64,000 bases of DNA. Source: Deltaproteobacteria bacterium RBG_13_43_22 (lineage in GTDB: Bacteria; Desulfobacterota; RBG-13-43-22). This document shows, piece after piece, positions 9,120 through 18,982 of the stretch (position 1 is the stretch's first letter; each line of letters opens with the position of its first letter). Under the pieces are notes generated by a model. The model saw only the letters and a program-made list of their open reading frames with translations. It was not told the origin of the DNA and did not search any database. The stretch is from assembly GCA_001797675.1 (NCBI GenBank), contig MGQB01000001.1:321531-385530 (forward strand), written 5' to 3'. Made by a program: the position numbers and the translations under genes.

Positions 9120-10949
9120 TTATTCCACCGTTACACTCTTGGCCAGGTTGCGGGGCTGATCTACGTCGGTCCCCCGCAAGACGGCAATATGATAAGCCAG
9201 CAATTGCATGGGGATAGAATAAATAATCGGGGAAAGCCCCCATCCCACCCTGGGGAGGCGGATTTGTTCCTGGGCTTTAAATTCCTGCCGAGTCCCTTTT
9301 TCTTCATCCGTAAAAGAGATAATGATCCCTCCGCGGGCCCTCACCTCTTCCATATTGCTGAACACCTTCTCCTGAATATCGTTTTGGGGGACCAGAAAAA
9401 CCGTGGGCATCTTCTCATCAATCAGAGCGATGGGACCATGTTTCATTTCACCGGCCGGATATCCTTCGGCATGGATATAAGAGATTTCTTTTAATTTCAA
9501 GGCCCCTTCCAGGGCAATGGGGTAATGGATGCCCCGGCCCAGAAATAAAAAATCCTGGGCCTGAAAATACTTCTGGGCAATAGCCTGAATCTGGTCTTCC
9601 CCCTCCAAAACCTGCTCGATTCCATGGGGGATGCGTAGCAATTCCTGGATCATGGCCAGCCGGTCTTTCCGGGTAATCTTTTTAAGAGTTTGACCGAAAT
9701 ATAGAGTCATCAGAAAAAGGGCCGTCAACTGGGTGGTAAAGGCCTTGGTCGAGGCCACTCCTATTTCCGGGCCGGCATGGGTATAGATCACCCCGTCGGC
9801 CTCCCGGGCAATACTGCTCCCTACGACATTACAGACAGCCAAAACCCTGGCCTTTTTCTTTTTGCCCTCCCGTAAGGCGGCCAGGGTATCGGCCGTCTCT
9901 CCGGATTGGGAAATCAGGATCAGCAGGGTCTTGGGATTGACGATCGGATTCCGGTAACGGTATTCCGAGGCATAATCCACGGCTGTGGGGATGCGGCAAT
10001 ATTCTTCCAGAAGAAATTTGCCGACCAGGGCTGCATGCCAGGCCGTTCCGCAGGCAACGATATGGACCTGATCGATCTCTTTTAATTCCTCGGCGGTCAA
10101 GCCGATTTCCGGCAGGAGGACCTCCCCTTTTTCCGGTGAAACCCGGCCGCGAAAGGTATCGATAATCGCCTGGGGTTGTTCGAAGATCTCTTTCTGCATG
10201 AAATGTTTATAGCCGGCCTTTTCGGCCATGACCGGGCTCCAGGTGATCTTCTGGACTTCCTTTTTAATTATTTTCTTTTTTAAAGAAAGGATCCGGGGAA
10301 AGGGTTTCTCAATTACAGCCATTTCTCCGTCTTCGAGATAAATGACCCGGCTGGTATGATGGAGAAAGGCCAGAACGTCGGAGGCAATAAAAAATTCCCC
10401 TTCCCCAATCCCCACGATCAAGGGACATTCTTTTCGGACGGCCACGATCCGATCCGGGTCCTGGCTGTCCATGATAACCAACGCATAAGAGCCTCGGATC
10501 TTTTCCTGGGCCGTTTGAACGGCTTGAACCAAATCCTGACCTTTTATATATTTGTCGATTAGATGAGCGACAATCTCAGAATCGGTTTCCGATGAAAATT
10601 GACAACCTTCAGCCGAGAGTTGTTTTTTAAGATCCAGATAATTTTCGATGATCCCGTTATGGACCAGAGCGATCCGTCCGGCTACATGGGGATGGGCATT
10701 GGTCTCCGAGGGCCGGCCGTGGGTGGCCCAGCGGGTATGTCCGATACCGATCCGGCCGGAAACAGGGCTTTGGGAAAGAAGACGGCCCAATTCACTGAGT
10801 TTGCCCTGGCTCCGACGCACCTCAAAGTGTTCGTTTTGGATCAGGGCGATTCCAGCCGAATCATAGCCCCGGTATTCCAATTTTTTTAACCCTTCAAAAA
10901 TGACCTCAACGGGATTTTGAGGACCGAGGTATCCGATAATACCGCACAT
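9120..10949 (-). CDS. glmS: Glutamine--fructose-6-phosphate aminotransferase
   Basis: 609 aa protein with MCGIIGY Ntn-amidotransferase start, two SIS domains and the C-terminal VTVE typical of GlmS. Confidence 0.95.
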   Translation of the reverse strand: MCGIIGYLGPQNPVEVIFEGLKKLEYRGYDSAGIALIQNEHFEVRRSQGKLSELGRLLSQSPVSGRIGIGHTRWATHGRPSETNAHPHVAGRIALVHNGIIENYLDLKKQLSAEGCQFSSETDSEIVAHLIDKYIKGQDLVQAVQTAQEKIRGSYALVIMDSQDPDRIVAVRKECPLIVGIGEGEFFIASDVLAFLHHTSRVIYLEDGEMAVIEKPFPRILSLKKKIIKKEVQKITWSPVMAEKAGYKHFMQKEIFEQPQAIIDTFRGRVSPEKGEVLLPEIGLTAEELKEIDQVHIVACGTAWHAALVGKFLLEEYCRIPTAVDYASEYRYRNPIVNPKTLLILISQSGETADTLAALREGKKKKARVLAVCNVVGSSIAREADGVIYTHAGPEIGVASTKAFTTQLTALFLMTLYFGQTLKKITRKDRLAMIQELLRIPHGIEQVLEGEDQIQAIAQKYFQAQDFLFLGRGIHYPIALEGALKLKEISYIHAEGYPAGEMKHGPIALIDEKMPTVFLVPQNDIQEKVFSNMEEVRARGGIIISFTDEEKGTRQEFKAQEQIRLPRVGWGLSPIIYSIPMQLLAYHIAVLRGTDVDQPRNLAKSVTVE

Positions 10950-11076
10950 AATAGGCTCCTTTCCGCAACGGCATTCTTTTGGCCAATAAGGGGCAAAGGC
11001 TCAACCATGCGTTAATCCAAGGTAAAGGTCGGGGTTCGGAATGGTGAGTTTAAGCTCCGAACTGATTACTCCAAAC

Positions 11077-12078
11077 TCAAACCGGCCCCTTTGAATCCTT
11101 CGCCCTAACCAGGCTTTTGTTGGTCCAGGAAAACGGAGGGACAATAGTCCCATCCTTAATCATAGCTGATTCTATAACAACATGAGAAGAAATGACACAG
11201 TTAGAACCGATCCGGGTCTTCCCCCGAATCAGCGTGAAGGGACCGATGACCGTATCAGATCCAATTTGGACCGAACTTTCAATATAAGTGGTCATCGGAT
11301 CGATAATATTGACCCCCCGGAGCATCCAGTCCTTGAGGATTCTTTGTCGAAGCACCTGACTGGAACGGGACAGTTCAGACCGGTCGTTGATCCCCAGGAC
11401 CTCTTCCGACTTGGGGTGAAAAATTGTCGACATGGGCAATTCCCGTTCCCGGGCCATTTGAACGAGGTCGGTCAGATAATATTCCTTTTGACTGTTTTTT
11501 CGCGTCAATCCGGAAAGGGATGAAAAAAGGAAGGCCGAATCGAAGCAATAAATCCCGGTGTTGATTTCCCGAATTTGCCTTTGCTGAGCTGTAGCATCTT
11601 TCTCTTCGACAATTTTAAGCAGGTGCCCTTGCGGGTCCCGGATAATCCGGCCGTATCCTTTTGGATTCTCCAATTCAGTGCTGATGAGGGTTAAAGCGGC
11701 CTTCCCGCGCCTATGGACTTGAAGCAATTTTTTCAAGGTTTCCTTTTCGATCAGAGGGACATCTCCGTAAAGGACCAACACCGTGCCCCGAAACGTTTTC
11801 ATTTTTTTTTGGGCCAGTTGAAGGGCATGTCCGGTTCCTAACTGGGGAACCTGGTTGACAAAAATTCCCGGCCAGTCCCTGAAGGCCGCAACGACTTTTC
11901 CCGATCGATGGCCCACAACCAGGAGACTTTTTTGGGGTCTCAAACTCCCGGCCGCGTCCAACACATAACTCAGCATCGGTTTCCCCACCAGAGGGTGGAG
12001 CACCTTCGGAAGGTCCGATTTCATCCGGGTCCCCTTCCCGGCGGCCAGGATAACCACAGCTAAAGATTTTCTCGTCAT
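11077..12078 (-). CDS. GlmU-like sugar-1-phosphate uridyltransferase, short form lacking the C-terminal acetyltransferase active-site region
   Basis: N-terminus (VVILAAGKGTRMKSDLPKVLHPLVGKPM) matches the GlmU pyrophosphorylase domain. Only about 70 aa of left-handed beta-helix follow before the stop, giving 333 aa against about 456 aa for GlmU. It sits directly upstream of glmS. Confidence 0.7.
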   Translation of the reverse strand: MTRKSLAVVILAAGKGTRMKSDLPKVLHPLVGKPMLSYVLDAAGSLRPQKSLLVVGHRSGKVVAAFRDWPGIFVNQVPQLGTGHALQLAQKKMKTFRGTVLVLYGDVPLIEKETLKKLLQVHRRGKAALTLISTELENPKGYGRIIRDPQGHLLKIVEEKDATAQQRQIREINTGIYCFDSAFLFSSLSGLTRKNSQKEYYLTDLVQMARERELPMSTIFHPKSEEVLGINDRSELSRSSQVLRQRILKDWMLRGVNIIDPMTTYIESSVQIGSDTVIGPFTLIRGKTRIGSNCVISSHVVIESAMIKDGTIVPPFSWTNKSLVRAKDSKGPV

Positions 12079-12369
12079 TGAAATTGAAATTCCTTTTTTT
12101 TCTCAATTTTTAATGATTATTGGGGGAAAAGGCAAGTCAAAAGACTGATAGATGGATAAAAAAACCCAAAAATTCAGGGAAACAGGATAATTATCTCGAA
12201 ACAATTCCATCACCGATCTTTTTTATCAACGCAACAAAGATGACAATAAATCAAAAAAATGGTATAGGAAATCCCAGACGAGCCTCGAATTTTTATCCTC
12301 AGGGTTAGAAAGGGAAAGGTCATGAAGAAAAGGACTTTGATTTAAAAAAAGAAGAGGAAATATTTTTTA

Positions 12370-13083
12370 ATGTTCAAAATAATTTTTTGTTTGTCGGTAC
12401 TGGTCTGGGCTTTTACGGCAAACGGATCCACAGAGGCCGAATTAAAAAAGATGACTTCCAATCTCCACTGGCTGGGGCATGATGCCTTTCGGATCGACGG
12501 GGATGGGGTGGTGATCTATCTGGATCCTTTTATGATTAAAGAAGGTCCCAAGGCCGATCTGATCCTGATTACTCATGATCATCCGGATCATTGTTCGCCG
12601 GCCGATGTGGCCAAAATTCAGAAGCCCGAGACCGTTATTGTCACCGTGGCCCAGGCCGCAGCTAAACTCAAGGGCCAGATCAAGACGGTAAAACCGGGAG
12701 ACGAATTAACGATTCAAGGAATCTCCATAAAGAGCATCCCGGCCTACAACGTGAATAAATTTCGCAGCCCCGGTGTACCCTTCCATCCCAGGGAATCGGG
12801 CTATGTCGGTTTTATAATAACGGTTAAAGGACAGCGTATTTACCATGCCGGAGATACGGACTTTATTCCGGAAATGAAGGGAATTGGGGCGGATATCGCC
12901 CTTCTACCTGTAAGCGGCATCTATGTCATGACCGCTGAAGAGGCGGTTGAAGCCGCCACGGCCATAAAACCCAAGCTGGCCGTCCCCATGCATGTGGGCG
13001 GTCCGGCGGGTTCTCTTTCCGTTGCCGGAACTTTTAAGGAAAGGGCTGCGGTTCCAGTGATGGTGCTGCCTGTAGAGAAATAG
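12370..13083 (+). CDS. Secreted metallo-beta-lactamase-fold hydrolase
   Basis: Signal peptide (MFKIIFCLSVLVWAFTANG) followed by an HxHxDH motif (ITHDHPDHC). Confidence 0.7.
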   Translation: MFKIIFCLSVLVWAFTANGSTEAELKKMTSNLHWLGHDAFRIDGDGVVIYLDPFMIKEGPKADLILITHDHPDHCSPADVAKIQKPETVIVTVAQAAAKLKGQIKTVKPGDELTIQGISIKSIPAYNVNKFRSPGVPFHPRESGYVGFIITVKGQRIYHAGDTDFIPEMKGIGADIALLPVSGIYVMTAEEAVEAATAIKPKLAVPMHVGGPAGSLSVAGTFKERAAVPVMVLPVEK

Positions 13084-13188
13084 ATAAAAAATCAGGCTAT
13101 AGGCAATGGGCTATAGGGATAGGCCATAAAACGTTCTTACTTCTTTATAACCCATTTTCTCGTGCCTATTTCCTTTTGCCTGACTTTT

Positions 13189-14403
13189 TTAATAAATCAC
13201 CTCTTCCTTTTCAAGCTCCGCCATCTCTTCCCCGGACAGGCCGAGCATCTGCCCAAAAATTTCTTCGTTGTGCTCCCCAAGCAATGGAGAATGACGCTGT
13301 ATCCGGGCCGGGGTTTCCGAAAACCGCCAGGGAGGGCCGACAACCCAATCCTTTCCCATAACAGGATGATCTACTTGGAAATATACTCCCCGTGCTTGTA
13401 GGTGAGGATCCTGAAAGAGCCCTTCCGAACTCAATGACGGGGCAGAACCTACCCCTGCTTCTTGTAATACTTTGGTGACTTCATAATAATCCCGGTCCAT
13501 GGTCCATTGGTTAATAATCTCGTCCAGTACCCCCTGATTTTTAAGTCTGCCTTTAGAAGAAGAAAACCTGGCATCCTCCATCAATTCCGGCTTCCCCATG
13601 ACCCGGCAAAGGGCCTGCCATTCCTCATCAGTGGCCACGGCAATACTGACCCAGTTATCCTCCCCTTGGCAGCGGTAGCAATTATGAGGCGCCAGGACCT
13701 CATCCTTATTGCCTTTTCGCCCGGCCACCCTGTGGTTCATGAAATAATCCAAAAATAAATCTCCGGCCAGAACCGCAATGGTCTCCTGAGAGGCCAAGTC
13801 GATATACTGTCCTTCCCCGGTCCTCTGACGATAGATCAAGGCGGCCAGTATAACAAAGGTTGAGGTGGTTGCGCTGCGAAGATCCATGGACCCCATAAAG
13901 TTGCTGGGCGGCCAGTCCTCATAGCCGGTAATATGGGAAACACCACCCAGGGCGGCAAAAGTCGGGGCGTAACCCACATATTCTCTCTCCGGTCCGGTTT
14001 GGCCGCAAGACGACGAGGAAAGGTAAATCAGGTCGGATTTGATATCCCTCAACACCTCATATCCCAAACCTAACCTCGGGATTACGCCGGGTCTCATATT
14101 CTCCATGACCACATCGCTTACCCGTACCAGTTGTTTGGCGATTTCAACCGCCTTCGGTTTGGACAAGTTCAGAGTAACGCTTTTTTTGTTCAGATTAAGA
14201 TTATTGAAAACGGAAGATTCATTCGGGCCTGAAAATCTTCTGCCGGTACTGAAGGAAAGATTTCTGGCGTGGTCCAGTCTCCTTCGACTTTCTACTTTAA
14301 TGACCTCGGCTCCAAGAAACCCCAACAAACAGGTGGCATAAGGGCCGGCCCAGGCCGAGGTGAATTCCGTAACACGAATTCCCGCTAACGGTCCATTATT
14401 CAT
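13189..14403 (-). CDS. CoA-transferase family III (CaiB/BaiF/Frc-like)
   Basis: 404 aa protein with N-terminal motif LAGIRVTEFTSAWAGPYATCLLGFLGAEVIKVE typical of family-III CoA-transferases. Confidence 0.8.
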   Translation of the reverse strand: MNNGPLAGIRVTEFTSAWAGPYATCLLGFLGAEVIKVESRRRLDHARNLSFSTGRRFSGPNESSVFNNLNLNKKSVTLNLSKPKAVEIAKQLVRVSDVVMENMRPGVIPRLGLGYEVLRDIKSDLIYLSSSSCGQTGPEREYVGYAPTFAALGGVSHITGYEDWPPSNFMGSMDLRSATTSTFVILAALIYRQRTGEGQYIDLASQETIAVLAGDLFLDYFMNHRVAGRKGNKDEVLAPHNCYRCQGEDNWVSIAVATDEEWQALCRVMGKPELMEDARFSSSKGRLKNQGVLDEIINQWTMDRDYYEVTKVLQEAGVGSAPSLSSEGLFQDPHLQARGVYFQVDHPVMGKDWVVGPPWRFSETPARIQRHSPLLGEHNEEIFGQMLGLSGEEMAELEKEEVIY

Positions 14404-14533
14404 TCATGGCTCCTTTATAAATCCCAAATTAGGTTTTTTAAAACGAAACAAAACGATTTTGAAATATTTTGGTTAACGGTTAAAATCGATTGTTTCAATC
14501 AACAACAACCCGAAACACGAAACCCGCAACGGG

Positions 14534-15748
14534 TTAAAAAACCCCCTCGTTTTTAAGGGCGGCCAGTTCTTCGTTGGAATATCCCAAATGACGGCCATAG
14601 ATCTCCTCATTGTGTTCACCCAGCATAGGGGCGGCCTGGACCAGTTGCCAGGGTGTTTTTGAAAAACGATAGGCCGAGGAAGGAAAGGGGATTTTTCCCA
14701 AGACCGGGTGCTCCAAATCAACAAAAAAATTTCTGGCCTTGAATTGTTCCGAATGATAAATGTCCTCCGCAGTATTTACCGGCGCGATGGGGCAGCTTAA
14801 AGCCTGCCCCCTGCGGAATATCTCTTCTTTGGTATGTTGCATGGTCCACTCCATAATCCATTCATTGATTTGGCCGGCATTCTCTGACCGGACTAAAGCA
14901 TTTTGACAACCATCCTCTTTGGCCCACTCCGGATCGCCGATTAGTTTAACCAGGGCCTGCCATTGATGCTCCTCCGGCATTACAACCACGATATAGCCGT
15001 CCTTACAAGGCATGATACCGCCGGGCATCCGTCTGACCTGATCGCCACCCCGGCTTATGACCACCTGGTCGTTAGCGAAGGTAACACTCTCCACCCGCTG
15101 CATGGACATCAGGGCCTCCTGTTTCGACATTTCGATGTACTGTCCCTTGCCGGTCAGGACCTTCCAATAGAAAGCGGCGGTGACGGCTACTACAGCCACG
15201 AGTCCTACGTCAAATCCGCTGCTGTGACCGCCGACCTTGACCGGTGGACGGTCCATGTCCAGAGCGGGGATGGGCAGCAAATATCCCTGGCCGCTGACGT
15301 GAACGGTGTTGAGTTGGTAGGCCTTATAATCCTTAAAGGGACCGCGATCTCCATAGGGGGTGATGGATATCATGATCAGACCGGGATTAAGGCTCTTGAG
15401 CTTTTCATAGCCCAGATCCAAGGCCTCCAGTTCACCCGGGGGCCGGTCCTCAATGAGCACATCCGTTTTTTCAACCAGTTTTTTAAAGATCTTTTTCCCT
15501 TCCGGTTTTTTAACGTCCAGCGTCAGGCCTTTTTTATTGCTGTTCAAATAGAGAAACAGTCCGCTTTTTTCCTGATGGGGGATATCTCCCGGGAACGGAC
15601 CCCGTCTTCTGGAATCATCACCGGTGTGGGGCGGCTCAATTTTAAGAACCTCGGCGCCCATATCGGCTAATAGTTTGGAACAATAGGGTCCGCTGACCAT
15701 ATTACAATATTCTACGATCTTCATGCCCTCCAGGGCCCTTGGGGTCAT
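14534..15748 (-). CDS. CoA-transferase family III (paralog)
   Basis: 404 aa protein with LEGMKIVEYCNMVSGPYCSKLLADMGAEVLKIEPP. Tandem paralog of the 13189..14403 gene. Confidence 0.8.
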   Translation of the reverse strand: MTPRALEGMKIVEYCNMVSGPYCSKLLADMGAEVLKIEPPHTGDDSRRRGPFPGDIPHQEKSGLFLYLNSNKKGLTLDVKKPEGKKIFKKLVEKTDVLIEDRPPGELEALDLGYEKLKSLNPGLIMISITPYGDRGPFKDYKAYQLNTVHVSGQGYLLPIPALDMDRPPVKVGGHSSGFDVGLVAVVAVTAAFYWKVLTGKGQYIEMSKQEALMSMQRVESVTFANDQVVISRGGDQVRRMPGGIMPCKDGYIVVVMPEEHQWQALVKLIGDPEWAKEDGCQNALVRSENAGQINEWIMEWTMQHTKEEIFRRGQALSCPIAPVNTAEDIYHSEQFKARNFFVDLEHPVLGKIPFPSSAYRFSKTPWQLVQAAPMLGEHNEEIYGRHLGYSNEELAALKNEGVF

Positions 15749-15867
15749 TGACTTCCTCCTTCAAACAAAATAATTCTCCGTCACATCGAAAATCTTTTCC
15801 GTGTGCCCGTTTTTGATGGTTGGCGATGCCTGCTTATCGTTCTTGTTTATAAGATTACCCCTCTTTT

Positions 15868-18123
15868 TTATACGGCCTCAACTCTGCATCGAATATAACG
15901 GTGATAAGGGGTCCCGGCCAGGCGATCCCGATGAGTGTTTTTAGCCAACCTGTTCGCATTCGCTCCATATACTTTCCCCTGATGCACCAGGCCGAATCCA
16001 TGGGGTATCACCAGGTAACCGGGCCTGGTCACTTCCGTGACTTCAAGTTCGATTGTTTCTTCCCCGGCTTCGGTGGTCACTTTAACCATCTGGCCGTCAC
16101 TGAATCCGAACTTCGCCGAATCCTTCGGGTGCATAGTCGCCGTACAAGCCCGTTTCCCTTTGTTCCAGTCGGGATCGCGCATCTGCGTATTGGCATTCAC
16201 ATCCCAGTGCCGTCCGGAGGACATGACCAATGGGTATGCTTCCCCGTCTTCACTCAGTCGGTTCAGTTCCGGTACCGGTTCAATTTCCTCAAGCCATTGT
16301 CCCATCTCGGGTACATCCAGGTTGATACGTCCATCCTCGGTAGCCAATGACTTAAAATGGTCCCATGTTTTAGAATCGACTGAACCAATCCACAAACCTT
16401 CGGGATGTTCAAGGGTCGCTTTAAAAATATCTTCCCCAAGAGTGGGGGTTGGCTTGAGCCCTTCCCGTTCGGCTATTTCCTGAAATGAGGTCGGCAGGCT
16501 TTGCAAAGACCCCCAAAGGGATGCCAAATGAACCGAATCCAATTTTTTCCCCAGGGTTTTCCCCAAAATATAGGGCAAACTTCTTACGACCGCAGGATTA
16601 GTTTTTAAATATTGTGTCAGAGCCATCCCAAATTTTAACCGGTCTCCGCTATCGACTGCTCTATACAGTGTTTCAGGAATGTCGGGGACCAAACCCAAAC
16701 GGTCGGCTATTCGCAGGAATATTTCTCCGGCTTCGAGTCGTTCTCCTTCCGGGGTGAGGGCCGGATGTCGAACCTGCATGAATATCTTTGGGAAATCTCT
16801 TCTCATGCCCCCATCCCAGGATTCATACCCTGACCGGACTGGAAGAATATAATGGGATAGGGTGGCCGTTTCGGTCATGGCCAATTCCATGGTAACCAAA
16901 AGGTCCAGACGTTTGAAGGCCTTTTCATAGACGGAGGTATCGGCATAGGATCTTAGTGGGTTGGCGGTGCTCACAATCACTGCACGAAGTCGTTCGGGGT
17001 GGTCCGACAATATCTCTTCGGGCATCGCATTCGGGGGATAAACATTGTTGATGGCCGGAAAATTCGTCACCAGGGTTCGCCACATACGAGCCTCGCGTTC
17101 ATCGGGAGTTTCCTTTTTTCTCCTGCCATCGCGCGTATTAGCTGGAAAAATATTACCACCCTCAACCCCAATCCGCCCGCTGACCGCCCGAAGCACATTC
17201 TCAAGATAGGAGATAAGCGTGCTGTGACGGTTCAAAAGTACACCCAGGTCGCTGTGATGGCTGGATTTACGGGTTGTAAACAGCCGGCAGATCTCTTTCA
17301 CCTTACCATAATCCAGTTCGCAGACCTCAAGGGCGGCTTTGGCGTCAAAACCGGCAAACCAGCTCTGAATCTTATCGAAGCCGTTAACGTGTTTTTCGAT
17401 ATATTCCTGGTCGTGCCACCCTTCTTTAAGAATGATGGATATCATCGCCCGGTAGAAAAGGGCATCCGTTCCCGGGCGGATGGGCAGGTGAATATGGGCG
17501 ATCTTGGCCGTCTCTGACAGGCGCGGATCAACGACCACCAACAACTTATCCGGGTCCTTACTGAATTTTGTGAGTACCCGGCGGGCCTGGGGGGTGTGAT
17601 GGCTCATCATCGGATTCCAGCCCACGAGTAAAAGCATATCGGTTTCATCAAGGTCCGGGTGGGTATGGAGGTTCTGATCGCCATAGGTTTTTCCATCCAC
17701 CCAAAATCTGCCGGTAAGCTCTTGAGCCAGGGCGGTATAAAAATACTGAGACCCCAACCCCCGAAGCAGATTAAACGCAAAGGGACCCTGCGCCGGACAA
17801 CCGATACTGCCGTTTCCCATCATCAAGGCCAGAGATCGCGGACCGTGTTCATTGACCATGTCGGAGAGTTTTGCGGCGATTTCGTCAATGGCCTGCTCCC
17901 AGGAGATTCTTTCAAATGAACCCCCCACCCTCTTAAGCGGATGCATCAGACGGTCGGCATGGTGCTGATAGAATTTGATGTTCAACCCCTTGCGGCAGGC
18001 ATACCCCTCGCTGAGCGGGTTGTCCTTGTCTCCGCGCACCTTAATGATTTGATTGTTCTCGACTCGAACCTCGAGTCCGCACTGATTGCCTCATAATACA
18101 CAGGATGTCTTTTTCCATTCCAT
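15868..18123 (-). CDS. Molybdopterin (MopB/DMSO reductase family) oxidoreductase, predicted selenoprotein with in-frame UGA at codon 11
   Basis: The ORF track starts at GTG 18039 (RGDKDNPLSEGYACRKG). The in-frame upstream sequence encodes MEWKKTSCVL-TGA-GNQCGLEVRVENNQIIKV, completing the N-terminal C-x2-[C/U]-x3-C-x27-C Fe-S motif of MopB proteins. The ATG at 18123 is preceded by a GAGGAGG ribosome-binding site. The TGA lies at 18091-18093. No Tat signal is present, so the protein is cytoplasmic. Confidence 0.75.
18058..18093 (-). promoter_or_regulatory. UGA codon plus SECIS-like stem-loop (GACUCGA-GGU-UCGAGUC) beginning 13 nt downstream of the UGA
   Basis: On the minus strand: TGA GGCAATCAGTGCG GACTCGA GGT TCGAGTC GAG. 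A perfect 7-bp stem with GGU in the apical loop, as in bacterial SECIS elements. Confidence 0.55.
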
Positions 18124-18207
18124 GGTAAAATCCTCCTCTTAATGGGATGATCTGGAGTGTGTCTTGGTTTTGATTAAATAGAATTTTAATCGGGCCTGTC
18201 CGTCATA

Positions 18208-18223
18208 GGTTTGTAGGCAAACA
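18208..18223. promoter_or_regulatory. Second related half-palindrome GGTTTGTAGGCAAACA (13/16 match to the 18700 site), candidate operator upstream of the MopB selenoprotein gene
   Basis: Located in the 5' leader/promoter region of the MopB gene (ATG 18123). Shares the TTTGTA..CAAACA half-sites with the 18700 palindrome. Confidence 0.4.
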
Positions 18224-18267
18224 TTAGAGTGATAACCATCCTTCCCCGTCCTTTCCCCGGCCTTTCC

Positions 18268-18690
18268 TTAGACGATCTCTAAAAGCAATCGCCGTAAAAG
18301 GATCCGTTCTTCCAGGGTGAATCGGGAAAGCAAAATTTCATTGGCTTTTTCCCGTTCTTTAACCAGTCTTTTTCTTAAATCATTCGCTTTCTTTGAGGGG
18401 AGGAGTCGAACAATCCGTTTATCCCCCTTATCCCGCTGCTTCTTTATCCAGCCACCCTCGTCCATCCGGTCAAGGATCCCGGAAAGAGTGGCCTTATCAA
18501 TACTGAGCAGTTCACCCAGTTCAGCAGCTTTTATTTTTTCCTTTTGCCAAAGAACCTCCAACACCAAATATTGAATATTGGTCAATTTGTAGGGTTTGAG
18601 GCGGGTCTGAACAAGTCCATGGGCCTTCTGATAGGCCTTGGCCAGGAGAAAAATATAGCAATCCGTATTGATCAGTAAATTTTCAGGCAT
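18268..18690 (-). CDS. MarR family transcriptional regulator
   Basis: 140 aa winged-helix protein (LTNIQYLVLEVLWQKEKIKAAELGELLSIDKATLSGILDRMDEGGWIKKQRDKGDKRIV). Confidence 0.85.
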   Translation of the reverse strand: MPENLLINTDCYIFLLAKAYQKAHGLVQTRLKPYKLTNIQYLVLEVLWQKEKIKAAELGELLSIDKATLSGILDRMDEGGWIKKQRDKGDKRIVRLLPSKKANDLRKRLVKEREKANEILLSRFTLEERILLRRLLLEIV

Positions 18691-18699
18691 AGCATGATT

Positions 18700-18715
18700 T
18701 GTTTGTATACAAACA
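18700..18715. promoter_or_regulatory. Perfect 16-bp palindrome TGTTTGTATACAAACA, candidate MarR operator
   Basis: Lies 10 bp upstream of the MarR start codon, in the divergent promoter region shared with the ACD-like gene. Confidence 0.5.
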
Positions 18716-18982
18716 TATCAAGGGGTTTACTCTAAGTCAATCCCAAAATCGGCCCATCCTGCAGCCGGTTTACGATTTTCCGAAAACCTGGATGTTTTGA
18801 ACCGTTCGGTAGAGTGGATCGCCGATGACCTTGATCCCGGATTTCTTATTTTTTCATTGACTCCGGTCCCTGATCCGATTAAATTTATTTCCTTCTCAAA
18901 AGAAACGTTATCACCTATTTCAAGAGGGTTATCAAAGGATACCGTTAGACTTCAGAAGAATTTGTATTAAAGGGACGTTTAT

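Noticed and set aside
11711-12106. 131-aa ORF overlapping the 5' part of the glmU-like gene in another frame
   Set aside because: It overlaps a well-supported CDS entirely, has a Gly/Pro/Arg-rich low-complexity translation and no start context.
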